A stretch of 64,000 nucleotides of DNA from Candidatus Micrarchaeota archaeon (GCA_038046805.1 JBBSVO010000003.1:19878-83877); one strand, 5' to 3'; positions 40,385 to 50,625 are shown, counted from the first letter of the stretch. Notes: generated from the letters alone by a model not told the origin. Translations and numbers: made by a program.

Positions 40385-42250
40385 TTAGCTCGTATAATAA
40401 TATTCCCCGTTTTCCTTCTGCTCAGTATCCAATGCCGATGTCGGCTTGTTGATGCGCGGCCTGTGGCTATCCTTGTCCCTGCGCATTGTTATTCCAACGC
40501 CTTTCAGAAACAGATTCATTCCTGCACGCTTGCTCTGCGGTGCGGATGCGCTTCCTTTTATTGAGCTTTCTCCCGTGAATACCATCAGGCGATTTGCGAT
40601 TGAATCAATGAAAACAATATCGTGGTCAACGACAAACGCACTCTTTTCGCTTTCGCTGATTACTTTTCGCAACAACTCAGCAAATGCAAATCTTTGCTCA
40701 ACATCAAGGAACGCTGATGGCTCGTCGAATAAATAAAGGTCTGTAACCCGACTTATCGCCAGGGTGAGTGCAACGCGCTGAAGTTCTCCCCCGCTTAATT
40801 CGTTGAGTTTCTTTTCTATCAAACCTGTGATTTTAAGTGCGCGTTTTGCATCCTCAAAAACAGAACCATCAAGCGTCTGGGATTCGAATACCTTGCGAAC
40901 GATCGTATCATCTGCAGAAATATACTGAGGTTTATATGAAATTGACAAACCTTCAAGACCAGTGATGCCGAATCCATCGCCCTCATCCGATTTTTCTATT
41001 CCTGCAAGCATTTTAACGAAAAGGGATTTACCAAGGGCATTTCTCCCAACCAATCCAAGGATTTCGCCCTCGCGGATTTCACCAGGTTCACTGGAAAACG
41101 AAAAACCGACTGCGCTCTGCGAACCGCCCTTTGTATCGCGCTTCACATCGCTTTTTGCTTTTGATGCTCCGGAAAACGTTTTTTGCATTTTTCCATATTT
41201 GATTTTCACTGCTGCTTTGATTTCCCCTTCGCTGTGAGATGTGAACCGCAATTCCCTTTCGCGGAATTTCACGTTTTCATCTTTTAGATATCCGGCAATA
41301 TATTCGTTCAGTCCGGCACGGACGTTTTTCACTCCGGAAACCACACCATAAACATTTTCATCCCCATAGAAAAGATACACGTAGCTGCTTACATAATCCA
41401 GAATTGTCATGTCATGTTCAGCAATGACAACCTGTCTGGATTCCGCAAGATTCTTGAGTAAAATAGCCATACGCAGACGCTCTCCGATGTCCAGATAATT
41501 TGTCGGCTCATCAAAATAATAGATGTCTGCATCTTTCAAAAACGCGGCTGCGATTGCAACTTTTTGAAGCTCTCCCCCGGATAGTTGAGCCACTTTCCTG
41601 TCGAGTATGTTTGTTATTCCGAATTCATCTGCGATTTTTTCAACATCAGACTTTCCGTCCTTTGATTTTCCGCCTTTTCCGGCGATATCCGATAGCAACT
41701 TTTTTGCAGTTCCTTTGAAAACGTCCCGTATTTTATCAACCTGCTGCGGCTTAACACTTGCGCGCACCCCGGATTCTGTAGATTGAAAATAGCGCCTGGT
41801 TTCAAGGGGAAGCTTTTCAAGAAGTTCTTTTTCCGCAAGCGTGCGGTCAAAAACAGAAAAATTTGGTGATAATTGGCGCGAGAGTAGCCGGATGGCAGTT
41901 GTTTTTCCGATTCCGTTCTTTCCGACAAGCGAAACTGCCCCATTCCCCTCTTTTTGAGGAAGCGGCAAACCATAAAGACGAAACGCGTTGATTCCGTATT
42001 GGTAGATTGGTTCTCCGGATTCTCTTGCGAGATTTATTATCCATATGCAGGACATAGGGCACTTTCTTACGCAGATGCCACAACCGATGCACAGTTGTTC
42101 GGAGATTGCCGGAAAAACAGAATCTTTTTCAGTGACTATACATTCCTGACCCATTCTATTCACTGGGCATACCTTTTCGCATACGTACCCGCACTTGACA
42201 TTCGTACACAAGTTACGGTCCAGAACCGCTATTCGCTTGGACATATACAC
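40385..42250 (-). CDS. rli: Ribosome recycling ATPase ABCE1/RLI
   Basis: N-terminal Fe-S motif CIGCGICVRKCP; two Walker A sites, LSGGELQ signatures and RINK motif. Confidence 0.96.
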   Translation of the reverse strand: MYMSKRIAVLDRNLCTNVKCGYVCEKVCPVNRMGQECIVTEKDSVFPAISEQLCIGCGICVRKCPMSCIWIINLARESGEPIYQYGINAFRLYGLPLPQKEGNGAVSLVGKNGIGKTTAIRLLSRQLSPNFSVFDRTLAEKELLEKLPLETRRYFQSTESGVRASVKPQQVDKIRDVFKGTAKKLLSDIAGKGGKSKDGKSDVEKIADEFGITNILDRKVAQLSGGELQKVAIAAAFLKDADIYYFDEPTNYLDIGERLRMAILLKNLAESRQVVIAEHDMTILDYVSSYVYLFYGDENVYGVVSGVKNVRAGLNEYIAGYLKDENVKFRERELRFTSHSEGEIKAAVKIKYGKMQKTFSGASKAKSDVKRDTKGGSQSAVGFSFSSEPGEIREGEILGLVGRNALGKSLFVKMLAGIEKSDEGDGFGITGLEGLSISYKPQYISADDTIVRKVFESQTLDGSVFEDAKRALKITGLIEKKLNELSGGELQRVALTLAISRVTDLYLFDEPSAFLDVEQRFAFAELLRKVISESEKSAFVVDHDIVFIDSIANRLMVFTGESSIKGSASAPQSKRAGMNLFLKGVGITMRRDKDSHRPRINKPTSALDTEQKENGEYYYTS

Positions 42251-42434
42251 AACCCACTATGTTTTTCCTAATGCAACCACCCATATACGAAGAGTGGTTG
42301 TGTATAGATTGAGCCAACTTTCTTAGTTGGCTCAGTATATTGATATGTTTTTAAATCGCAACTTTTTATAATAGAGAATATGCGCCCGCAGAAGGGACTA
42401 TGACAACATTGAAAGCAGATAAAAGGGTGAACAC

Positions 42435-42776
42435 ATGGAAGATGAAACAAAAGCGCACATAGAAGAACCAAAGATGCAAGGTGAAGAAGCAGTTGTGAAA
42501 GAAAGAAGAAACGACGGCATAATATACGTGGGGAAAAAACCGACTATGGGCTATGTCCTGGCAGTAATAACCCAGTTCAATAATGGAGCTCCGGAAGTGA
42601 CAATAAAGGCACGCGGAAACCTAATTTCAAAATCGGTAGATGTCGCCGAGATAGTCAGGCACAGGTTTATGCCAAGCTGCCAAGTAAAAAATATTTCCAT
42701 AAAAACTGAAGAACTCGCTTCAGAAGACGGCTCGATGAGCAAGGTCTCTGCAATGGAAATAATTCTGAAAAAGTGA
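42435..42776 (+). CDS. albA: DNA/RNA-binding protein Alba
   Basis: [14 protein letters not shown] and [16 protein letters not shown] motifs. Confidence 0.95.
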   Translation: MEDETKAHIEEPKMQGEEAVVKERRNDGIIYVGKKPTMGYVLAVITQFNNGAPEVTIKARGNLISKSVDVAEIVRHRFMPSCQVKNISIKTEELASEDGSMSKVSAMEIILKK

Positions 42777-42782
42777 TTTTGA

Positions 42783-43400
42783 GTGGCTCTGCTACTAGAT
42801 AAGAACGGGATTGCACTTGCAGTTACGTTCGGAGTATTAATATATTTCTTTGGAGGGCTTCAGTATCTCGCCCTCATGCTCTTTTTTTTCGCGATGGCGG
42901 TCATTGCTACAAAATATCAGCATTATGAAAAAAGAGATATGGGAATATATGAACATGAAAGAAGTTGGGAAAATGTTTTATCCAATGGATTGGTTCCGGC
43001 AATTCTTGCAGTTGCAAGCCCGGTTATTGGACCAATGCCATATATTTCATCGGTTGCGGCAGTGATGGCGGATAAGTTTGCCTCGGAACTTGGTGTTCTC
43101 AGCAAAAATCCAATTTCCCTTGAGAATTTCAAACAAGTAAAACCAGGAAAAAGCGGCGCAGTTAGCATGCTTGGTTTTTTAATGTCTTTGGCAGGTGGAA
43201 CACTCATTGGTGCTGTTTCGATATGGTTATTTGGAATCAATCCAAATGCTGCCCTGTATGTAGGACTGATTGGACTTGTAGGAAGCATTGTTGATAGCAT
43301 TATAGGGGTATTTGAAGAAAGAGGTATAGGAAATAAAGGAATTACAAACATAATCTGCTCGATAGTTGGCGGATTACTTGGATATTTATATTTGAGATGA
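42783..43400 (+). CDS. DUF92/TMEM19-family membrane protein
   Basis: RSWENVLSNG, ADKFASELG and SG.VS..G motifs. Confidence 0.85.
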   Translation: MALLLDKNGIALAVTFGVLIYFFGGLQYLALMLFFFAMAVIATKYQHYEKRDMGIYEHERSWENVLSNGLVPAILAVASPVIGPMPYISSVAAVMADKFASELGVLSKNPISLENFKQVKPGKSGAVSMLGFLMSLAGGTLIGAVSIWLFGINPNAALYVGLIGLVGSIVDSIIGVFEERGIGNKGITNIICSIVGGLLGYLYLR

Positions 43401-43417
43401 GCTATTTTGGTGATTAA

Positions 43418-44113
43418 ATGAAAGCATTTATCTTGTGCGGCGGGGAAGGGACTCGGTTAAGGCCATATACCTATACTACTCCAAAACCCTTGTTGCCGGT
43501 TGGAGGAAAGCCAATACTGCAACATCTTGTTGAGCATTTGAAGAAATATGAGATAAAGGAATTTGTATTAACTGTTGGATATCTAAAGGAAAAAATAATG
43601 GAATATTTCGGGGATGGAAAAAAATTCAGTCTTAAAATAGAATATGCTACCGAAGATACACCGAAAAATACTGCTGGATCGATTCGTGATTATCACGGAA
43701 AGGTAAAGGAAACGTTCGCGGTTTTGATGGGGGACCATATAACAGATATAAACATGGCAGATATGCTAAAATCCCATAAGAAAAGCAAGGCTATCGCAAC
43801 TGTCGCACTTTTGAAAAAGGAAACAAAAATTGAATACGGAGTTGCAGAAATTGACAAAAAAACCGGAAGAATAACTGGATTTTCTGAGAAACCTGTTATA
43901 GAGCACGATATCAATACCGGAATATATCTTTTTGAGCCAGAAATTTTTGATTTTATCGAGGACAAGGACGATTTTGCGAAACAGGTTTTTCCAAGGCTTC
44001 TGAAAGCAGGAAAGCCGATAAATGCTTATGTGGCTGAATTTGAATGGCTGGATATTGGAAGGGTAGCTGATTATGAGAGAGTAAAACAAGAATGGAAGAT
44101 AGGGGACGATTAG
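43418..44113 (+). CDS. Sugar-phosphate nucleotidyltransferase
   Basis: ILCGGEGTRLRPYT..PKPLLPVGG and WLDIG motifs. Confidence 0.92.
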   Translation: MKAFILCGGEGTRLRPYTYTTPKPLLPVGGKPILQHLVEHLKKYEIKEFVLTVGYLKEKIMEYFGDGKKFSLKIEYATEDTPKNTAGSIRDYHGKVKETFAVLMGDHITDINMADMLKSHKKSKAIATVALLKKETKIEYGVAEIDKKTGRITGFSEKPVIEHDINTGIYLFEPEIFDFIEDKDDFAKQVFPRLLKAGKPINAYVAEFEWLDIGRVADYERVKQEWKIGDD

Positions 44114-44191
44114 CTTCTGGGTACTGGCTCCTAGCTAGCTTCTGACTGGTAGCTCTCCAGATTATAAAATATTCCCAACAATCATTTAATC

Positions 44192-44279
44192 CTACGATGA
44201 TGACATAGGTGATCACCGAGCCTATCCCTAAGCTTCGGCCACGGAGAACGCGATGAGGATTGACGTGCGGTCTGAGTAG
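44192..44279 (+). ncRNA. Box C/D guide sRNA
   Basis: Box C ATGATGA 44197-203, D' CCGA 44216-19, C' ATGAGGA 44253-59, D CTGA 44272-75; both guides 12 nt; terminal stem CTAC/GTAG; TTATAAAA at 44162. Confidence 0.8.
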
Positions 44280-44292
44280 TTCTATTGTCTTA

Positions 44293-44416
44293 GGTCTAGA
44301 GTCCGATAAAAATGTCAAACATTTTTATGGACCACACAATTGTTGCTCAGAGCAACAATGTGCACATTGTCCTGCTGGACAATTGTGTTGAACGATGCGT
44401 CGTTCAATCGGTCTAG
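44293..44416. other. Four-hairpin palindromic element flanked by GGTCTAG direct repeats
   Basis: Stems at 44301-32, 44335-62, 44363-87 and 44388-407; ggtctag at 44293 and 44410. Confidence 0.65.
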
Positions 44417-44466
44417 TGTCTCGCCTGAAAGGATATCCTCAAAAGGTTTTTCATAGAAAGATTAGT

Positions 44467-46092
44467 ATGGGCAAAACAAACCTATTTTTCGCTATTTTGA
44501 TTGGAATGATATTTCTCATGAGCGGCTGTATCGGCCCTAGTGAAAACCCATTCGCGATGGAGACTGCTTTTACTAATAACGGCAGCGACAAGGATATTAT
44601 ACCGCTGGTTTCGTCTCCAAATGTAACGACTGTGCCGAACGCAACGGAAGTTGCCCAGTCAAACGAAATACCTGCCTTGGAGAAGGCCAGCCAGTTTGGT
44701 ACCATGCTAGCATACAATATCAACGACGCTGCAATGCAAGCAAAGACAGTTAAAAATATTCAGAATGGGTGGTCAGGATTCAGAAAAGACAAGACCTCCT
44801 ACCAGGCATTAAAAAACTCACTGGCAGTGGTTTCAAAGGAGCGCACAGCCATAATTAAAAAAGCGGATTTCTCTGTGAACCGGGAAGTCGCAGCTTATTT
44901 TACCTGGAACGTCATCGAACCAGAGAAAGGACAATACGACTGGGAATTAACAGATGCGATTGTCCAGGCGGCTAAAGAATCCGGGATCAAACTCACGGCA
45001 GTGGTGCAGCCGTTCGCGACTTGGGACCAAAAAAACACCTATGCACCTCCGGAATGTAAGGCATTGGACTTTGCTTATTATGATTACAAGGCAGGTGCGC
45101 CGAACGACTGGAACGCATACGAAAACTTTTTGACCAAGCTGGCAGAGCGCTATAAGGGAACGGTAGCTTATTGGGAAATCGGAAACGAGGTAGAGGGCGG
45201 ATGCGGGGGGTTCATGGATAATGCCGAAAACTACGTGAAATTATTGAGCATTTCTTACAAGACAATCAAAAAGGCAGATCCGCAGGCAAGGGTGTTGAAC
45301 GGCGGTGCGCTGGATGTCACTGGCATAAAAGAAGCAGAGAGCGTGAAAGACTTTTGGAAGGAATTCTTTGAATTAGGCGGAGGGCAATACATTGATTATT
45401 TCAATCTCCATTACAATATAGAACGGAGCGGAGCAGGTGGTGCAAATCCTGATTCAGCATCGTTTCTGGATACCCTGAATTTCTTCAATAGCCTGATGGA
45501 GAAAAACAACGGCAGAAAACCGCTTTGGATTACAGAATTTGGCACCTATTCTGGAACCCCATCCTCGCAATTCTCGTTTCAGGCTGGAGCAGGGTCGCAG
45601 CCATCCACGCAGCAACAGCCCAAACCTGACTCGCAGGGCGGAACAACGCCCAAAAAACAAATGAGTTTCCCTACACAAAGCCAGGAATTTCAGGCCGCGT
45701 GGTATTTCAGGAACTCGATTATAGGTTTTGCAAATGGAGCAAACCGCATCTTCATTGACCTGATTGGCAGAGACAATGATGTAATCGGCGGTTCTGCAGT
45801 ATTCAATCTCGAGGGGGAGCCGCGTCTGTTCGCCACCACATTGAAAACCATCGCGATTAAAATCAGTGGTTTCTCCAAAGCAGAGAAAATCTCCGAAGGG
45901 CAATATAGATTCATGGTAAACGGCAAACTGGTCTATGTATTATGGTCAGGAGCGCTGCCGAAAGAAATCCAGGGGAAGGCAATAGAGACCGATATGCTTG
46001 GAACTGAAGATATTGTTGAAGCCAGCGATATTAGCTTGAGGTCAGATAACCCTGTTTTTGTCGAGCTAGTTCCTGCTTCTATCCCAGGTTAG
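44467..46092 (+). CDS. Lipoprotein glycoside hydrolase, clan GH-A (GH39/GH5-like)
   Basis: Signal peptide with MSGC lipobox; WEIGNE (acid/base) and WITEFG (nucleophile) motifs. Confidence 0.8.
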   Translation: MGKTNLFFAILIGMIFLMSGCIGPSENPFAMETAFTNNGSDKDIIPLVSSPNVTTVPNATEVAQSNEIPALEKASQFGTMLAYNINDAAMQAKTVKNIQNGWSGFRKDKTSYQALKNSLAVVSKERTAIIKKADFSVNREVAAYFTWNVIEPEKGQYDWELTDAIVQAAKESGIKLTAVVQPFATWDQKNTYAPPECKALDFAYYDYKAGAPNDWNAYENFLTKLAERYKGTVAYWEIGNEVEGGCGGFMDNAENYVKLLSISYKTIKKADPQARVLNGGALDVTGIKEAESVKDFWKEFFELGGGQYIDYFNLHYNIERSGAGGANPDSASFLDTLNFFNSLMEKNNGRKPLWITEFGTYSGTPSSQFSFQAGAGSQPSTQQQPKPDSQGGTTPKKQMSFPTQSQEFQAAWYFRNSIIGFANGANRIFIDLIGRDNDVIGGSAVFNLEGEPRLFATTLKTIAIKISGFSKAEKISEGQYRFMVNGKLVYVLWSGALPKEIQGKAIETDMLGTEDIVEASDISLRSDNPVFVELVPASIPG

Positions 46093-46192
46093 TTGTACGG
46101 TTTATCAACCGTATTTACTTTTTTAATTTTGGAAACCCGCATTAATTTATATTTTCAATAACATTAAAAGAACTTCGAACACTTGCTTATTT

Positions 46193-46750
46193 ATGGAACA
46201 GGTAATCCGAAGCGCGCTCGGAAGATTTGCAAAACCCGCAGCACCATCAAAATCAGCATTAGTTATTGTGGACATGAATAACGATCGAAAAGGCATTTTG
46301 CCAAATCGCGGTTGCCTGGAAACCGGGATCCATAGAGTGGTGGAGGTAATAAGCGCTGCAAGAAGAATGTGCATTCCTGTTTTACTCGTAACTTTGCCAG
46401 AGTATCCGTACATAATGCAGGAACTGTTGGAAGCCGCGGGCCCTAGTCCTAGAACAATGGTGAAAATCTATAGGAGCTGTTTTCTGGATCCGGAATTTGC
46501 AGAAATTATCAATCAATTTGCAATTGGCACCCTGATATTGGGGGGAACGAAGCGAAACAAATGTGTCCTGGCAACTGCAGAGCATGCGTTGCAATGCGGG
46601 TTTAAGATCATGACCTCGGATGAAATTCTTTTTCATGGCTTGGAAGATGACAGCCATACGATTGCACATGATGAACAAGGTTTTTATCAGAAAAGAACCG
46701 AATTTTATGAAACATCCAGAGAACTAATTTCAGCAATGGGAAGATTGTAA
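46193..46750 (+). CDS. Isochorismatase/cysteine hydrolase family protein
   Basis: ALVIVDMNND, K..S.F and CVLATA..A..GF motifs. Confidence 0.7.
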   Translation: MEQVIRSALGRFAKPAAPSKSALVIVDMNNDRKGILPNRGCLETGIHRVVEVISAARRMCIPVLLVTLPEYPYIMQELLEAAGPSPRTMVKIYRSCFLDPEFAEIINQFAIGTLILGGTKRNKCVLATAEHALQCGFKIMTSDEILFHGLEDDSHTIAHDEQGFYQKRTEFYETSRELISAMGRL

Positions 46751-46978
46751 TTCATCCTTCGAATTGAAGACGTCTGGTGAAAACAAAAGTTTATCTCGGA
46801 AAATAAGTTTGGAAATAAAAAACGTGCTACAAAAAAGATTGCAGCACGCAAAATATATTATTATTTCTTCTTGCCTTTCTTTTTTGCTTTCTTTTTTACC
46901 ATTTTTTCACCGAATAAAAGCACACACGGAAAGTATTTATATGCGGCAGTAAAAAAAAATAAAAAAATATTTTCAGAA

Positions 46979-48136
46979 TCAGCGTCTTCCGCCAAATCGT
47001 CCCTGCCTTTGCCTGCCACCAAACCCATGACTTACAGGTCTCGGGCCCCTTGAACCTCTTGACCCAGGATGTTGGCCCATTCTTCGGGTTCTCTGAAATG
47101 CGTCAGTTTCAATAAAAGTAGTCGCCTTTCCTTTCTTCCCCATTCTTCCGGTTCTTCCTATTCTGTGCAAATGAGTATCGCTATCTCTGGCTTCATCATA
47201 GTTTATTACATGCGCAATATCATCCACGTGCAGTCCTCTTGAAGCCACATCAGTAGCTACGAGAACCCGGAATCTGCCTTCATGAAAATCTCTCATGAGT
47301 CTTTCTCTTTTTTGCTGACGCATTCCGCCATGGAGAAAATCTGAACTTATATTCTGATCGCGAAGCTTTCTTCCGACGTATTCTGTTGCTCCCTGAGTTG
47401 CAACAAATATAAGCACTCGGGAACTAGGCTCCTGATGAAGGATTTCAGTTAGCTTGAAGAATTTTTCACTTCTTGGTAATTTTATCACGTCCTCAGATAT
47501 ATCCTCCTTTTTTCCAACTTCGCCGAGCTCTATCAAAAGCGGGGACTGAAGATATCTACGGGAAATGTCCAGTACGTTTTTATCAAGAGTTGCCGAAAAA
47601 AGCATTGTCTGCCTGGTTTCGCTCACCGCAGAAAGTATTTTGGAGATGTCTTCCCTAAATCCCATGTCCAGCATTCTGTCTGCTTCGTCAAGAACAACTA
47701 TATTGAAAACAGACAAGTCCAGGGTTTTCCTTTTATAGTGATCAATCAGTCTTCCCGGAGTTGCAACTATGATTTCAAAACCTCGCGCAATCAATGCGAG
47801 TTGACGACCGATTTCTTCTCCACCATATACTGCATATACCCTGAACTTGTGGCCTGCAGCTATGGAGCGTAATTCCTTTGTTATCTGCAATGCAAGCTCT
47901 CGGGTTGGCGCTAGCACAAGCCCTTTTTTGGCATGTTTTGAAGCCGCAATTTGCTCTACCAGCCCTATTCCAAATGCTGCGGTTTTTCCGGTTCCTGTCT
48001 GGCTTCTTACCATGACATCTTCTCCGGCCAAAATCGGGGCAAGAGATTTTTCCTGTACTTCTGTTGGTTGGACGAAATTCATTGAATCCAACGCAGAGAT
48101 TGTCCTACTGTCCAAACGCATATCACTAAATTTCAT
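46979..48136 (-). CDS. DEAD-box RNA helicase
   Basis: Q motif; TGTGKT, PTRELA, DEAD, SAT and HRIGRTGR motifs. Confidence 0.97.
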   Translation of the reverse strand: MKFSDMRLDSRTISALDSMNFVQPTEVQEKSLAPILAGEDVMVRSQTGTGKTAAFGIGLVEQIAASKHAKKGLVLAPTRELALQITKELRSIAAGHKFRVYAVYGGEEIGRQLALIARGFEIIVATPGRLIDHYKRKTLDLSVFNIVVLDEADRMLDMGFREDISKILSAVSETRQTMLFSATLDKNVLDISRRYLQSPLLIELGEVGKKEDISEDVIKLPRSEKFFKLTEILHQEPSSRVLIFVATQGATEYVGRKLRDQNISSDFLHGGMRQQKRERLMRDFHEGRFRVLVATDVASRGLHVDDIAHVINYDEARDSDTHLHRIGRTGRMGKKGKATTFIETDAFQRTRRMGQHPGSRGSRGPRPVSHGFGGRQRQGRFGGRR

Positions 48137-48313
48137 ATATTTTCACCTTAGTTTAGATCTCAATTTCATCTATTCTAAACGAAGGTGTTCTTGGGAGGCA
48201 CACTTCTAAATGAACAGAAAAAATAAGAGATTCTTATATTTTATAAGTATATATACGTCAGATCCTGAATTTAAAGGTTCGTATTTCGCTTCGACCACAC
48301 ACGTGCAGCTAAA

Positions 48314-48472
48314 TTAGCCTTCTTCCTGCAGTTTCTTCTTTAATTTGTCGAGTTCTTCGTGTAAGGCGCGATTCTTTTTTAGAGGGTCATCTCTCGCCTT
48401 TGGTTCCAGCTCTTCGATCCTTCTCTTTATGTTTTGCAATTGCCTTCCCAGGTCTTTTTTGCTCTTACCCAT
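48314..48472 (-). CDS. 52-aa basic coiled-coil protein, missed by ORF track
   Basis: MGKSKKDLGRQLQNIKRRIEELEPKARDDPLKKNRALHEELDKLKKKLQEEG; heptad pattern. Confidence 0.6.
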   Translation of the reverse strand: MGKSKKDLGRQLQNIKRRIEELEPKARDDPLKKNRALHEELDKLKKKLQEEG

Positions 48473-48497
48473 AGGTATTATTGGAACAGAAAGGCGT

Positions 48498-48896
48498 TTA
48501 AATCATAAGGGCTTGCATCGCCTTAACCGCCATAGCGTGCGGAACAAATAAATGATCGTGATAATACGCGGAGACAGCATTAACCGGAATTCCGCTTTTT
48601 GCAAGTTTGGTTGTTATTGCTGCGATGAAACCTACAGCGGAAAGATCAGAATGGACCGTGAGCGTAATCAATGCCCAGGTCTCGGAATCGGAATATTTCA
48701 AATTGTTTTTGTCCGCAATTTTCTTTTCGATGATGAGGGTAATGCCTTCGTCTTCGCGAAAAACTAATAATGGATTTAATTCCTCGCTGTGGGCTGCGAA
48801 TTGATTTGGCTGAATCGAACAGAATACAAACTCACCATTCGCTAGCTTCGGGCGCATTGATTTGAGAAGAGTAGGCACGTCTGAAATTCCAGACAT
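48498..48896 (-). CDS. ACT-domain protein (DUF2241/ACT_7-like)
   Basis: LLKSMRP.L..GEFVF, FREDEGITLI, VHSDLSAVG and YYHDHLFV motifs. Confidence 0.85.
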   Translation of the reverse strand: MSGISDVPTLLKSMRPKLANGEFVFCSIQPNQFAAHSEELNPLLVFREDEGITLIIEKKIADKNNLKYSDSETWALITLTVHSDLSAVGFIAAITTKLAKSGIPVNAVSAYYHDHLFVPHAMAVKAMQALMI

Positions 48897-48928
48897 AGAA
48901 TCAACCGTGAAACATTCAACTGTGGATA

Positions 48929-50530
48929 TTAGGCTGAGCCGATATTAAATATATCGCTATCCACTGCCTTGTCCGTTTCAAATCCCTCACGCAACCAGCT
49001 TTGGAGCATTGATTTTGCGCGCTGATACTGCTCCCTGCCGACAACCACGTTTCCAATTGCATACCTCAAGTTCTTTGAATTGAAGCAAAACATTGAATCA
49101 TGCACGTTCTCGCAATTATGGCAGAAATAACTGTCAGAGCAATTTGAACTTGAATCAACCTCAAAACAGCGGGTTAGATTAAAGGAGGAATAACAATTTA
49201 CGTTGAATGAGGAATTAAACGTGAATGCGCATCCGAAAACATGGTCTGAACCGTTCGGCCAGGTGCAAAATGCGGAATCCTTGACATTAACGCAACCGAG
49301 TATGCTATAACAATTGGCGGAGTTTATTATTATCGGGCAGTTTGTTACGTTGCTGAAAACTCCGTCATGAAACTGGGCAGAAAGAAATGCGACGCCACTG
49401 AGAAGACCTGATACATTTGAAAAATCGAGTTTTTCCGCTTCGATTTCGCCGAGTTTCTGGATTTCGCTTAATTGACTGGCTTCGGACAGGTTCACAAAGC
49501 GATTGCGGCTCTTATCAAACGCATGATAATTCTCGTAATTCGGAACAGTTGTTTTTCCGCTTCCTAGAACACTTTCAGTTTCGGCTACATTAATTATATG
49601 TCGCTTAAGCCATTCTGAATAATCGCAAACGCTGCCTGAAAGCGGCTTTCCAAAAATAAGAGATGCAGTTTCGGAGAATGCTTTTTCTATTTCTGGATTT
49701 AATCCGCTTTGTTCGGACGGTTTTGCAAAATTCGCAAGTTGAACCAATGTATTTTTTTCTGGAGTACCGCATTCATTTACGATATCCGCAAGCGATGGGG
49801 CACGCTTTTTCTGCTTCAGGATATCACGAATCTGCGCGAGAAGGTGGCTTTTGATAGTCAAGTATTTTTCCTTTGGCAATGCGAGGTTTCCGATAACATT
49901 TCTCTTGGAACGCAAGTTAAACGAAAAAATGCAATCATTACACCCCATCAGATTATATGTGTAATAACACTCCGAGGACATCCATGTAAGCCAGCCCTCA
50001 AATTTTCTTCCACCCTTTCCGTGCTGGTGACAACGTATGTCATAATTGGAAAAAGACCCTACATTACACCCAAAGATATTTTCAGAATTCTTACAGATGG
50101 TAGAGTATGCAATATTCTTTGACTCCTGGATTCTCGCAGATTCGTAAACATAATAGCTATTGCTTACGCTCGAACTTTTTTCAACGAATTGCGATGTGCC
50201 GAGGATTATGTTTCCGGAGTAATAAATCCGCTCTCGCACGGCTTCGAGAATTGAATCAATATCCTTAGTGTCGTCTATGCAAAGAGGTTCAAACTTTCTT
50301 CCGAAATCTATTTCATCAAAGCTCATGTGCTTTGCGTTCTGCATGTAATCTGTTGAGGAGAAAACAACTTCCTTTCCGGACAGACTAGACGTCCCCCTTA
50401 GCCTTGGCTGCTTAAGCTCCAAAAGCCAGTTCTCAAATTCCTTAAGCTCCCCGACTTCTCCTCCAAGAACTACCTTGCAGGTGCGGTTCCACTCGTTGTT
50501 TAGGTGTCCATAAATCATATCTTCTGGCAT
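48929..50530 (-). CDS. Cys-rich repeat protein, fused N+C modules (paralog 5)
   Basis: WNRTCKVVLGGEVG, KDIDSILEAVRERIYYSGN and CYFCHNCENV..LRYAIGN motifs. Confidence 0.8.
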   Translation of the reverse strand: MPEDMIYGHLNNEWNRTCKVVLGGEVGELKEFENWLLELKQPRLRGTSSLSGKEVVFSSTDYMQNAKHMSFDEIDFGRKFEPLCIDDTKDIDSILEAVRERIYYSGNIILGTSQFVEKSSSVSNSYYVYESARIQESKNIAYSTICKNSENIFGCNVGSFSNYDIRCHQHGKGGRKFEGWLTWMSSECYYTYNLMGCNDCIFSFNLRSKRNVIGNLALPKEKYLTIKSHLLAQIRDILKQKKRAPSLADIVNECGTPEKNTLVQLANFAKPSEQSGLNPEIEKAFSETASLIFGKPLSGSVCDYSEWLKRHIINVAETESVLGSGKTTVPNYENYHAFDKSRNRFVNLSEASQLSEIQKLGEIEAEKLDFSNVSGLLSGVAFLSAQFHDGVFSNVTNCPIIINSANCYSILGCVNVKDSAFCTWPNGSDHVFGCAFTFNSSFNVNCYSSFNLTRCFEVDSSSNCSDSYFCHNCENVHDSMFCFNSKNLRYAIGNVVVGREQYQRAKSMLQSWLREGFETDKAVDSDIFNIGSA

Positions 50531-50560
50531 AATTCTATTGCGCCTCCGGAGTTATTTATA

Positions 50561-50599
50561 TATTATCTTCCCCCTAGGGGGTCGTAGTAGGAAGATTAA
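50561..50599. promoter_or_regulatory. Palindrome CCCCCTAGGGGG within a divergent promoter
   Basis: Perfect 12-bp palindrome at 50570-81, with flanking atcttcc/ggaagat inverted arms. Confidence 0.5.
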
Positions 50600-50625
50600 T
50601 AAAAATTACCAGAGAATAGAAACCT

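Noticed and set aside
28073-50530. Diversity-generating retroelement behind the Cys-rich paralogs
   Set aside because: No reverse transcriptase and no template/variable repeat pair with adenine-specific differences was seen in the window
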